The position numbers and the translations under genes are program-made. 64,000 bases of DNA from Acidobacteriota bacterium. Lineage in GTDB: Bacteria > Acidobacteriota > UBA6911 > RPQK01 > JAJDTT01. Positions 28,786-38,953 of this stretch are shown here, in pieces; within the stretch, counting starts at the first letter, position 1; the number at the start of each line of letters is the position of its first letter. The stretch is taken from assembly GCA_965217775.1 (NCBI GenBank), contig CBDCJH010000002.1:6016001-6080000 (forward strand). The letters are read 5' to 3'. The notes beneath the pieces were generated by a model, which saw only the letters and a list, made by a program, of their open reading frames with translations, had not been told where the DNA came from and did not search any database.

Positions 28786-31236
28786 ATGCCTCTCCGCAAA
28801 TCCCACCTCTACTCCTCGCTCTGGCAGAGTTGCGACGAGCTGCGCGGCGGCATGGACGCGTCCCAGTACAAGGACTACATCCTCACCCTGCTCTTCATGA
28901 AGTACGTCTCGGACAAGTACTCAGGCGACGACGACTTCGCCGACATCACGGTGCCGCCGGGGGGAAGCTTCACCGACATGCTCGCTCTCAAGGGAACCAA
29001 GGAGATCGGCGACGGAATCAACAAGGTTATCGGCAAGCTCGCCGACGCCAACGACTACCTGCTCAAGGGCGTGATCGACCAGGCCGACTTCAACGACGAG
29101 AGCAAGCTCGGCAAGGGCAAGGAGATGCAGGACCGCCTCAGGAAGCTCGTCGGGATTTTCGAGGGACTCGATTTTCGCGCCAACCGCGCCCATGGCGACG
29201 ACCTCCTGGGCGACGCGTACGAGTACCTCATGCGGCACTTCGCGACCCAGTCGGGGAAGAGCAAGGGACAGTTCTACACTCCGGCGGAAGTCTCCCGCAT
29301 CATGGCCCAGGTGATCGGGATCGGGCCGGACGCCAGGCGGGACCAGACGGTGTACGATCCGACCTGCGGTTCCGGGTCGCTCCTCATCAAGGCCGCCGAC
29401 GCGGCGCCGAGCGGGCTGACCATTTACGGCCAGGAGAAGGACGTCGCCACGTGGACGATGGCGCGCATGAACCTGATCCTTCACGGACGCGAGGCAGCCG
29501 AGATCGAGCGCGACAACACGCTCACAAACCCGCTGTTCACGGACGGGCCGGGGTGCCTCAAGCGGTTCGACTTCGCCGTCGCCAATCCTCCGTTCTCCGA
29601 CAAGGCCTGGACCAACGGCCTCAACCCGGCCAACGACGAATACCGCCGCTTCGAGTACGGCGAACCTCCGGTCAAGAACGGAGACTACGCCTACTTGCTG
29701 CACCTCGTCGCGTCCCTCAACAGCACCGGGAAGGGTGCAATCATCATGCCGCACGGCGTCCTCTTCCGCGGCAACCGCGAGGCCGGCATCCGCCGCAACC
29801 TCGTCATGCGCGGCTTGATCAAGGGAGTCATCGGGCTCCCGGCCAACCTCTTCTACGGCACCGGGATCCCGGCGTGCATCGTGGTGATCGACAAGGAGAA
29901 CGCGCTCGGCCGCGTAGGCATCTTCATGATCGACGCCAGCAAGGGCTTCCGGAAGGACGGCGCCAAGAATCGGCTGCGGGAACGCGACTTTCACCTGATT
30001 GTGGGCGTGTTCAACGAGCAGAAGGAGACCCTCGGATACGCGCGCATGGTGCCGCTCGCCGAGATCGCCAGCGATACCAACGACTACAACCTCAACATCC
30101 CGCGATACATCGACTCGAGTGAGGGAGAGGATCTGCACGACCTGGTCGCCCATCTGCGGGGTGGCATCCCGGACCGGGACATTAACGCGCTCGGTGACTA
30201 CTGGGAGGTGTTTCCGGGGTTGCGGTCGCGGCTATTCTCGCCGAATGGGCGGGAGGGATACAGTGACGTGCGGGTTGAGGCGGGCGAGGTGAGGTCGGTT
30301 GTTCTCGAGAATGAGGAGTTCAAAGCGTACAGGGATCGGATCCGCCGGGTGTTGGGGGACTGGCGGCAGGAGCATGCGCCACGCCTTCGGGGATTGGCGG
30401 TAGGCGGCTTGCCCAAGGCACTGATCCGGGATCTGGCGGAGGACCTGCTGCGGCGTTTCGCCGGGCTCCCGCTCCTCGACCGCTACGATGTCTACCAGTG
30501 TCTGATGGACTACTGGGACGAGGTCATGCAGGACGATGTGTACCTGGTGGTTTCGGAGGGCTGGGCGGAGGCAGCGCGGCCCCGGGTGCTGGTTCCAGTG
30601 CGGGGCATGAGGACTGCGGAGTCGGCCGATCTGACCGTGAAGCGCAAGAAGTACAAGATGGACCTGCTCCCTCCTGGCCTTGTCGTCGCAAGGTATTTCG
30701 CGACCGAGCAGGCAGGGGTTGACCGTCTGCGGGCCGAGGAGGAGGCAGTTGCTCGGGAATTGGAAGAGTTCGTCGAAGAGTATTCCGGGGAAGACGGGCT
30801 GCTTGAGGGCGCGACGACCGATGCAGGGAGGGTCACGCAGGCCGCGGTCAGGAAGCGACTGAAGGTGGTCCGCAACGACCCCGAGGGACGTGACGAGCGT
30901 GACGCGCTGGAAGTCTGCCTCGATCTCATGAAGTCGCGCGCGGCGGCGAAGAGGAAGACGAAAGCGGCACAGACGGAGTTGGACGCGAAAGTGCTCGCTC
31001 GGTACGCGACGCTGACCGTGGCGGAGATTGCCGAGATCGTGGTGGACGACAAGTGGGTGACAAGCGTCAAGGCCAGTATCGGGCAGCAGGTGGAGCGATT
31101 GGCGGGTGGGCTGGTGGACCGGGTCAGGGTGCTGACGGGAAGGTATGCGGACGCGTTGCCGGAGCTCGAGCGTCACGTAGAGGACTACAGCGCCAGAGTC
31201 GAGGGCCACTTGAGGCGGATGGGGCTGCCGGGGTGA
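28786..31236 (+). CDS. hsdM: Type I R-M methyltransferase subunit
   Basis: GQFYTP, DPTCGSG, NPPF, PHGVLFRG, YNLNIPRY. Confidence 0.96.
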   Translation: MPLRKSHLYSSLWQSCDELRGGMDASQYKDYILTLLFMKYVSDKYSGDDDFADITVPPGGSFTDMLALKGTKEIGDGINKVIGKLADANDYLLKGVIDQADFNDESKLGKGKEMQDRLRKLVGIFEGLDFRANRAHGDDLLGDAYEYLMRHFATQSGKSKGQFYTPAEVSRIMAQVIGIGPDARRDQTVYDPTCGSGSLLIKAADAAPSGLTIYGQEKDVATWTMARMNLILHGREAAEIERDNTLTNPLFTDGPGCLKRFDFAVANPPFSDKAWTNGLNPANDEYRRFEYGEPPVKNGDYAYLLHLVASLNSTGKGAIIMPHGVLFRGNREAGIRRNLVMRGLIKGVIGLPANLFYGTGIPACIVVIDKENALGRVGIFMIDASKGFRKDGAKNRLRERDFHLIVGVFNEQKETLGYARMVPLAEIASDTNDYNLNIPRYIDSSEGEDLHDLVAHLRGGIPDRDINALGDYWEVFPGLRSRLFSPNGREGYSDVRVEAGEVRSVVLENEEFKAYRDRIRRVLGDWRQEHAPRLRGLAVGGLPKALIRDLAEDLLRRFAGLPLLDRYDVYQCLMDYWDEVMQDDVYLVVSEGWAEAARPRVLVPVRGMRTAESADLTVKRKKYKMDLLPPGLVVARYFATEQAGVDRLRAEEEAVARELEEFVEEYSGEDGLLEGATTDAGRVTQAAVRKRLKVVRNDPEGRDERDALEVCLDLMKSRAAAKRKTKAAQTELDAKVLARYATLTVAEIAEIVVDDKWVTSVKASIGQQVERLAGGLVDRVRVLTGRYADALPELERHVEDYSARVEGHLRRMGLPG

Positions 31237-32024
31237 GCCAGCGATTTGATTTCGAACGCCTCGTCGAGCTGTGCCGGCATACCCACGTAGAGACTCGGCG
31301 CTCCGCCGCCCGCGCCGTCGACCGCTCGCTGGTCGTGCGGAACTGGCTGTTCGGATGGTACATCGTGGAGTACGGGCAGAGGGGTGCTGACCGGGCGGAG
31401 TATGGCGCGCAGACGCTGAAGAAGCTGTCGGCAGCTCTGAAAGCGAGGATCGGGCGGGGTTTTTCCTTGCGATCCCTTGAGCAGTTTCGACGCTTCTACC
31501 TGCAATCCGAAGAAACCCTGCCACAAGTCGGAAAAGCGCAAACACTGTCTGCGATTTCCGCCGCTGCCCAGAATCCGCAAACACCGTCTGCGAAATCCAC
31601 GGTATCAGGAGAGGGCCTGTCCCAAGTGCTGCGGTCTGCTTCCACCACGCTGCTTCAGCATCTCACCCTCGGCTGGTCTCACTACGTCACGCTTCTGTCC
31701 GTGACCGACCGCGAAGCCCGCCGTTTCTACGAGATCGAGGCCGCGGACAACGGCTGGAGCGTCCGCGAACTCAAGCGGCAACTCGGCAGCTCCCTGTACG
31801 AGCGGCTCGCGCTCAGCCGCGACAAGCATGAGGTCCGCCGCCTCGCCCGCGAGGGACAGGTGGTCGAGAAGGCGTCGGACCTGATCAAGGACCCAGTGGT
31901 GCTGGAGTTCCTCGACCTGGAGGAGAATCCGGCCTACTCCGAAAGCGATCTGGAAACCGCGATCATCCCGGGACTATACGGACAACAGCAGCGTTCAGGT
32001 GATGCTGTTCGCGGACCGGCTTGA
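31233..32024 (+). pseudogene. YhcG/DUF1016 N-terminal part, truncated near 31965
   Basis: NWLFGWYIVE..RAEYG, LGWSHY, FYEIEA..WSVRELKRQ, KDPVVLEFL; sequence diverges after LETAII. Confidence 0.85.
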
Positions 32025-32904
32025 GGTCATGAATTCGGGCCGGTTGCCGCCGCCCCTGACCGTGGACAAGCTGCGCCTGCCGCACCAGTCGCTCCCGGGC
32101 AATCCGTTGCTGGCGGAGTCGATGTACCTGCTGCAGTACATCGAGAGGATGGGGACCGGGACCGTGGACATGATCCGACGTTGCGCGGAGACGGGCCTGC
32201 CGGAGCCGGAGTTCGAGGTCGGCGCGGGGTTCCTGATCAGGATTTGGCGGTCCGGAGACCACGAGACCACCCAAGACCGTCGCGACACTACCCAGGACGC
32301 AACCAGAAACCACCAGAAAACCACCAGAACGGAAGGGGGCCAGCCAGAACCTGGCGAACCGAATCCTCACATTCCTGCGGGAGCATCCGTCCGCCAGCCG
32401 CCGCGACATGGTTGGAGCACTTGAAGGCGCCACCGAAGGGAGCGTCCGGTATCAGTTGGACAAGCTCAAGGAATTGGGTAAGTTACGTCGCGTCGGGCCA
32501 GATAGGGGGGGACGCTGGCTGGTTATCGACGATCCCGACACGGACGCCAGGGAGGAGCCCGACGACTCTGCGGGGGACCGCCGGCACGCAAGGGAGACCC
32601 AGCCAGAAAACCACCAGAAAACCACCAGAAAACCGCCAGAAACGAAGGCCAATCGCCAGAACCCCCATCCCTTTCCGGCCGCATCCTGGCTCTCCTTCGC
32701 CAGAATCCTTTTGCGGGCCGCCGCGAAATCGCCACCACCCTCGGCACCACGCGATCCATCGTCCGGTACCGGCTGGACAAGTTGCGCGCGGCCGGGAAGA
32801 TCGAGCGGATCGGTCCCGACAAGGGCGGCTACTGGAAAGTGCTGGGTGAATCCGCTGTCGAGCCCGAACCTACCCCCGAACGCGATCCCCGGAGCTCCCG
32901 ATGA
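31966..32904 (+). pseudogene. C-terminal fragment of an AlbA/RecG-like ATP-binding protein with two winged-HTH modules, frameshifted
   Basis: HRDY..SVQVMLFADRLEV..NPLLA..IERMGTG; two L.R.GPD.GG.W motifs in different frames. Confidence 0.75.
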
Positions 32905-35900
32905 CCGCAGTCGGCGAGCTCGAAATCCGCACGCAGCGCCGTGTTGTCGACCACTTCCGGCGCCGGCTCGGCTACAGGTACCTGGGGAACTGGCACGAAC
33001 GCCCGAACAACCGGAACATCGAGGACGACCTCCTCAAGCGGTTCCTTACGCGCCAGGGCCATGACCCGGCCATCATCAACAAAGCGCTGGACAAGCTCGG
33101 CAAGGCCGCCGCTCTCGGCGGAGGCAAGACCCTCTACGACGCCAACCGCGAGGTCTACGGTCTCCTCCGCTACGGAGCCAAGGTCAGCCCCGGGCTCGGC
33201 GAACACACGGTCACCGTTGACTTGGTCGACTGGGGAAACCCGGCCGCCAACGACTTCGCCATCGCCGAAGAGGTCACGATCGAAGGGAATCACACCAAGC
33301 GGCCCGACATCGTGCTCTACGTCAACGGGATTGCTGTCGGCGTACTTGAGCTCAAGCGCTCGACCGTCTCGGTGGCGGAGGGAATCCGCCAGAATCTGGA
33401 CAACCAGAAGAGGGAGTTCATCCGGCCGTTCTTCACAACCGTGCAGCTCGTGCTGGCGGGCAACGATACCGAAGGGCTCCGGTACGGCGTGATCGGGACG
33501 CCGGAAAAGTACTGGCTCCGCTGGAAGGAAGCCGGTGCCCCTTCCTCTGACGTTCCCACCTCTCCCCTTCTTCGCGAGTTCGGCCAAATCTGCGCCCCTG
33601 TTCGCCTGCTTGAACTTATGCACGACTTCGTGGTCTTCGACGCCGGCGTCAAAAAGATCTGCCGCCACAACCAGTACTTTGGCGTGAAGGTGGCCCAGGA
33701 GTACGTCGGGCGCCGCGAAGGTGGGATCATTTGGCACACCCAGGGCAGCGGCAAGAGCCTCACGATGGTGTGGCTGGCGAAGTGGATCCGTGAGCTCAAG
33801 GGCGTGGACGGCCGCGTGCTAATCGTCACGGACCGCACCGAGCTCGACGAGCAGATCGAGAAGGTCTTCACCGGCGTGGACGAGGACATCTACCGCACGC
33901 AGAGTGGAGCCGACCTTGCGGAGGTGCTTCGCGACCCCGCCAAGTCGCTGATCTGTTCGCTCGTCCACAAGTTCGGGAGTTCCGAGGAAGGCAGCATCGA
34001 CCAGTACGTGAGCGACATCCAGAAACACGTGCCGCGCGGTTTCCGCCCTCCCGGCGAGATCTTCGTCTTCGTGGACGAGTGTCACCGCACCCAGTCCGGC
34101 AAGCTCCACAAGGCCATGAAGGCCATCCTCCCCGGAGCCACGCTCATCGGCTTTACGGGAACCCCGCTCCTCAGGTCCGACAAGAAGCGCAGTATCGAGA
34201 TCTTCGGCCCGTACATCCACACCTACAAGTACGATGAGGCGGTGGACGACAAGGTGGTTTTGGACCTGCGCTACGAGGCGCGTGACATCGACCAGAACAT
34301 CACGTCGGAGGCGAAGATCGATCAGTGGTTCGATCTCAAGACCAAGGGGCTCAGCGACTTGGCCCGGGCGCAGCTCAGGCAGAAGTGGGGCACCATGCGG
34401 AAGGTCACGAGCTCGCGGGACCGGATTGAGAAGATCGTGGACGACATCCTGATCGATATGGAGACGCGTGACCGCCTGAAGAGCGGGCGCGGCAACGCCA
34501 TGCTCGTGTCGGACAGCATCTACGCGGCCTGCCGCTTCTTCGAGGCGTTCAGTGGGACCGGACTGAAGGACAGGTGCGCCATCGTCACCTCCTATAGTCC
34601 CGCTGCAGGCGACATCAAGGGAGAAGAGACCGGCGAGGGCCTGACCGAGAAGCTGCAGAAGTACGACGTCTACCGCAAGATGCTGGCGGACCACTTCGGC
34701 GAGCCCGAGGACAAGGCCATGAACAAAGCCGAGCAGTTCGAGCAGCAGGTCAAGCGGCGGTTCGTCAACGAGCCCGGGCAGATGAAGCTCCTGATCGTCG
34801 TGGACAAGCTGCTGACCGGTTTCGATGCCCCTCCCGCAACGTATCTCTACATCGACAAGAAGATGCAGGATCACGGTCTCTTCCAGGCGATCTGCCGCGT
34901 CAACCGACTGGACGGAGAGGACAAGGAGTACGGCTACATCGTCGACTACAAGGATCTGTTCCGGTCGCTGGAGGGAGCGATCAAGGAATACACGGGCGAG
35001 GCGTTCGAGGGCTATGACCGCGAAGACGTGGAAGGCTTGTTGAAGGACCGCCTCGAGCGTGGGCGGGAGCGGCTGGAGGAGACCCGTGAAGCGGTCAAGG
35101 CGCTGTGCGAACCCGTCGAGCCGCCTGGGGACACCAAGTCGTACCTGCGGTATTTCTGCCACGACGGAGAGGGCGACACCGCCCGGCAGCTTGCTGCCAA
35201 CGAACGGAAGCGCCTCACGCTGTACAGGATGGTGGCGGCGTTTCTCCGCTCCTACGCCAACCTGGCCAACGAAATGATCGAGGCGGGTTACACGGAGGCC
35301 GAGCGACTCGAGATCAGGCACGAGGTGAGCCACTACGAAAAGGTTCGCCAGGAGGTCAAACTGGCCAGCGCCGACTACGTCGATCTCAAGATGTTCGAGC
35401 CCGCCATGCGGCACCTCCTCGACAACTACATCCGGGCCGACGAGAGCAAGGTCCTTTCCGCATTCAACGATCTGACGCTCGTAGACCTGCTCATCAAGGA
35501 CGGGGAGAGCGCCGTCGATTGGCTTCCCGAAGGGATTCGGGGCAACCGCCGCGCCGTCGCCGAGACCATCGAGAACAACGTCCGCCGCCTGATCGTCGAC
35601 GAGATGGCCGTGAATCCCAAGTACTACGAAAAGATGTCGGCGGTGCTCGATGCGCTGATCAAACAGCGCAGGGAGGAAGCGATCGAGTACGAGGCGTACC
35701 TCAAGAAGGTCATCGAGCTCGCCGAACAAGTGAGGAACGGGGAAGCCGGTGGTTCATATCCGGCGAGCATCAAAAACGGAGCACTGCGTGCAATATACGA
35801 CAACCTGCCGGCCGCATTACCGGCGGACCGAGTAGCTGAGCCTGGCGTGAGATGGGAGCCGGATACCGAAAACGATCCCCGCGAGGTCGCGGCGCTGGCT

Positions 35901-36056
35901 GTCGATCGCGCAATCCAACAGGCCCGGATGGCCGACTGGCGCGGCCACCCCATCAAGGAGAAGCGGATCGGTAGGGCGATCCGAGACGCACTCGGTCCCT
36001 TCAAGGCTTGCACGAAGACGATCTTCGAAATTGTGAAGGCCCGCAGTGAGTACTGA
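32901..36056 (+). CDS. hsdR: Type I R-M restriction subunit
   Basis: RPDIVLYVNG..ELK, HTQGSGKS, DECH, FTGTP, LLTGFDAP, QAICRVNR. Confidence 0.96.
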   Translation: MTAVGELEIRTQRRVVDHFRRRLGYRYLGNWHERPNNRNIEDDLLKRFLTRQGHDPAIINKALDKLGKAAALGGGKTLYDANREVYGLLRYGAKVSPGLGEHTVTVDLVDWGNPAANDFAIAEEVTIEGNHTKRPDIVLYVNGIAVGVLELKRSTVSVAEGIRQNLDNQKREFIRPFFTTVQLVLAGNDTEGLRYGVIGTPEKYWLRWKEAGAPSSDVPTSPLLREFGQICAPVRLLELMHDFVVFDAGVKKICRHNQYFGVKVAQEYVGRREGGIIWHTQGSGKSLTMVWLAKWIRELKGVDGRVLIVTDRTELDEQIEKVFTGVDEDIYRTQSGADLAEVLRDPAKSLICSLVHKFGSSEEGSIDQYVSDIQKHVPRGFRPPGEIFVFVDECHRTQSGKLHKAMKAILPGATLIGFTGTPLLRSDKKRSIEIFGPYIHTYKYDEAVDDKVVLDLRYEARDIDQNITSEAKIDQWFDLKTKGLSDLARAQLRQKWGTMRKVTSSRDRIEKIVDDILIDMETRDRLKSGRGNAMLVSDSIYAACRFFEAFSGTGLKDRCAIVTSYSPAAGDIKGEETGEGLTEKLQKYDVYRKMLADHFGEPEDKAMNKAEQFEQQVKRRFVNEPGQMKLLIVVDKLLTGFDAPPATYLYIDKKMQDHGLFQAICRVNRLDGEDKEYGYIVDYKDLFRSLEGAIKEYTGEAFEGYDREDVEGLLKDRLERGRERLEETREAVKALCEPVEPPGDTKSYLRYFCHDGEGDTARQLAANERKRLTLYRMVAAFLRSYANLANEMIEAGYTEAERLEIRHEVSHYEKVRQEVKLASADYVDLKMFEPAMRHLLDNYIRADESKVLSAFNDLTLVDLLIKDGESAVDWLPEGIRGNRRAVAETIENNVRRLIVDEMAVNPKYYEKMSAVLDALIKQRREEAIEYEAYLKKVIELAEQVRNGEAGGSYPASIKNGALRAIYDNLPAALPADRVAEPGVRWEPDTENDPREVAALAVDRAIQQARMADWRGHPIKEKRIGRAIRDALGPFKACTKTIFEIVKARSEY

Positions 36057-36789
36057 CAGGTACCACATGGATGTCCGCGGCATTCCCGTGGCGGTCATCC
36101 GCAAGGACATCAAGAACCTCCACCTGAGCGTCTATCCCCCCGAGGGTCAAGTGCGCGTCTCGGCTCCGCTGCGCCTGGACGACGACGCGATACGGCTGGC
36201 GGTGGTTTCGCGCCTGGGATGGATTCGGCGCAAACGTGCCGAGTTCGAGCAGCAAGACCGCCAATCCCGGCGCGACTTCGTGTCCGGTGAGAGTCACTAC
36301 TTCGAGGGACGACGCTATCGTCTGGATGTGGTTGAATCGCGAGGCCCAATCGGTATTCGTCTGCGCAACAATGCCTGGATGGAGATGCGCGTGCGGCCCG
36401 CGACCGGTCGCGACGCCCGCGAGGCCCTGCTCTACCGATGGTACCGGGCTCAACTGCGACAGCGCATCCCTGAGATGGTCGCCAAGTGGGAATCCCGGGT
36501 CGGCGTGCATGTGGCCGATTGGCGCATCCGTCGCATGAAGACACGCTGGGGAAGCTGCAATGCCGGGGCTTGCCGCATCTGGCTCAACTCCGAGCTGGCC
36601 AAGAAGCCCCTGCCCTGCCTCGAATACGTCGTCGTCCACGAGATGGCCCACCTCGCCGAGCCGAGCCACAACGAGCGCTTCCGGGAGATTTTGGACCGCG
36701 TAATGCCGAGTTGGCGCCTGCGCGCCGAAGAGTTGAATCGCACCCATCTTGCCGACGAAGTCTGGGGGGAATTGCTGCCTGTCAGGTAA
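36046..36789 (+). CDS. YgjP/DUF45 (M48-like) metal-dependent hydrolase
   Basis: MKTRWGSC and YVVVHEMAH; usual position after hsdR. Confidence 0.9.
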   Translation: MSTDRYHMDVRGIPVAVIRKDIKNLHLSVYPPEGQVRVSAPLRLDDDAIRLAVVSRLGWIRRKRAEFEQQDRQSRRDFVSGESHYFEGRRYRLDVVESRGPIGIRLRNNAWMEMRVRPATGRDAREALLYRWYRAQLRQRIPEMVAKWESRVGVHVADWRIRRMKTRWGSCNAGACRIWLNSELAKKPLPCLEYVVVHEMAHLAEPSHNERFREILDRVMPSWRLRAEELNRTHLADEVWGELLPVR

Positions 36790-36858
36790 CTCTCTCCCTT
36801 GTATTCTTGCAGCCGGGGCGGTAGTAAACTGGGCCGAGACCTGGGAAGGGGGTGTGCG

Positions 36859-38061
36859 ATGAGACGACTGCTGCTGTGGGTTGTGAGTGTGGCATGGTTG
36901 CTGGAACCGATCCAGGCGGCCGGCTGGGAGCGTGTCCAGGTCAAGATCGGCGAGACGGTCAATATCGTTCCCCAAGGCACGCGGCTGGTCCGGGGCATGC
37001 TGGGAATCATACGGCATCCCGACGGGTCCATCTTCGTGAACACCCAGACCGGGGGTCTGGCCCGAAGCCGGGACCAAGGGAAGACCTGGAGCCTGATCCC
37101 GGCAGAGAGGGCCTTTGCCCTGGGTGTCAGCCGCGACGGACGGCTCTGGTTGGCGGACGGCATCAAGGACGCCTCCCAGTTGGTAGTGCGCCACTCCTCC
37201 GACTCGGGCGAGACTTGGACCACGACGGCGCTTGACGTTTCCGATCTCTCCCCGGAATCGAGCCGGCGGCCTTACAACTGGACCGGCGACGACTACAACA
37301 CATTCATCGAGCGGCCCGACGGGACCCTCATGTTCTCGGCCGGTCTGCGGCGAATCCCCTGGTTTTATGAGGATCCGTCCCTGATGGAGGATGGACTGGT
37401 CTCGCCCGACGCCGACGTGGGCGGCCTCTTCCTATTCCGGAGCCGCGATGGCGGCAAGAGTTGGGGCGAACCGAGCCTGGTGCATGAGTTTGCCTCCGAG
37501 GTGGGCTATGCCGTCGATCCCGCAGACTCGGACCGCATCCTGGCCATGACCCGGACCCAGAGGCCTCTACTGGCGGGCGAGGATCGGTCGGAGACGCTGA
37601 AGAAGACGGGCGCCCCGGCCAGCATGGAGTCCCACATGCCCTCCATCTACAAGAACGGCCTGCTGCTGGAATCGCGCGACGGCGGCCGCACCTTCGCCGA
37701 GGTTCCGGGAGGGCTCACCGGATTCTACGAGATTCGCGGGACCATCCTCTGGACGGCGGACAACCGGGTGGTGGTGACCCATCAGGGGGCGCACCCGGGT
37801 GGAGGCCCGGACGGAACCCTGCTGGCCAGAATCAGTCTCGACGGCGGCCGGCGCTGGCTCGACGGCACGGCAACCGGGACACCGGCTATGAACCAATCCC
37901 GAAAATTCGTGCTGGTCCCCAGGCCCCCCGGACATTCCTTCACGGCACCCAGCGTGCAGATCTCCGAAAATCGCTTTCTGAGCGTCTATTTTCACGGAAA
38001 CCTGAGCCGGAACATCGCCATGGTCAGTGGTGTTTTCTGGCATCTGAAGCACCTTCCATGA
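36859..38061 (+). CDS. Secreted BNR/Asp-box (sialidase-fold) protein
   Basis: Signal peptide; five SxDxGxTW-like boxes. Confidence 0.8.
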   Translation: MRRLLLWVVSVAWLLEPIQAAGWERVQVKIGETVNIVPQGTRLVRGMLGIIRHPDGSIFVNTQTGGLARSRDQGKTWSLIPAERAFALGVSRDGRLWLADGIKDASQLVVRHSSDSGETWTTTALDVSDLSPESSRRPYNWTGDDYNTFIERPDGTLMFSAGLRRIPWFYEDPSLMEDGLVSPDADVGGLFLFRSRDGGKSWGEPSLVHEFASEVGYAVDPADSDRILAMTRTQRPLLAGEDRSETLKKTGAPASMESHMPSIYKNGLLLESRDGGRTFAEVPGGLTGFYEIRGTILWTADNRVVVTHQGAHPGGGPDGTLLARISLDGGRRWLDGTATGTPAMNQSRKFVLVPRPPGHSFTAPSVQISENRFLSVYFHGNLSRNIAMVSGVFWHLKHLP

Positions 38062-38100
38062 ATGCGTTCGGGGTCCCGGCTCCGGCGACGTAGGTCGAGC

Positions 38101-38664
38101 ATGGAGCGAGTCGCCATTGCGATTGTGGGCTGCGGGAATTTCGGCTCCAGCATGGCCCGTCTGATCGGGGAACTGGAGTCCTACCGGATCGCCGGGTGCT
38201 ACGATCCCGACCGGGCAAGCACGTCTTCTGCGAGAAACCCATGGCGCTCAACGTCCAGGAGTGCCACCAGATGATGGAGGCGGCGACGGCGGCCGGCGTG
38301 AAGCTGATGGTCGGCCACAAGCGGCGGCTGCGTCCCCAGTACGCCAAGATGTCCCAAGTGGTTCGGAGCGGCCGTCTCGGACGGGTGATGGCCGTCGACA
38401 TCAATGGTTTCTACCACCGGGATTGGTGGAGCTGGTGGCTGCGGCGAGACCTGGGGGGAGGGCTGCTTCACGTCTCCGGCGTCCACGACATCGATTTTCT
38501 GCGGCATATTTGTGGCGAGGCGGGGAACGTATTCGCCCGGAGTCCCGTGAAGACGGCTCACCGGAGCGATTTCGAAGACGAGATCTCGGCATTGATCCAC
38601 TTCGAATCGGGCGCGGTGGCGACGCTTCAGGTCAGCCCCTTTTCTCCGGTTCGGACCTTTCGCC
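38101..38664 (+). pseudogene. Internally deleted, truncated duplicate of the Gfo/Idh/MocA gene at 41570
   Basis: Highly similar to 41570-42280; deletion near 38212. Confidence 0.9.
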
Positions 38665-38900
38665 TCGACCTCAAGAGCGGGAAGCTGACCCATCAGGATC
38701 TCGGCCAGATGCAGATGTACGTGAACTACTTCGACCGCTACGTGAAGACCGATGACGAACTGCCGACCGTCGGCATCCTGCTCTGTGACCGCAAGAACGA
38801 TGCCGTGGTCGAGCTGACGCTGCCCGAAGACGCCAACATCTACGCATCGAAGTATCATCTCTACCTGCCGTCGAAACGGGAACTCGCAGCAACTCCTCAC
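38665..38900 (+). pseudogene. YhcG/DUF1016 C-terminal fragment
   Basis: DLKSGKLTHQDLGQMQMYVNYFDR..GILLC..ASKY.LYLPS. Confidence 0.88.
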
Positions 38901-38953
38901 CGGTTCCATCCGGCTGCCGCTCCCCGACGCCGACACGGAAGACGACCACGTCC

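Noticed and set aside
33819-35729. Long antisense ORFs (also 15295-16866, 17316-18734, 28921-30153 and the 5' extensions of the M16 and sigma ORFs)
   Set aside because: Shadow frames of real genes in high-GC DNA with no recognisable motifs
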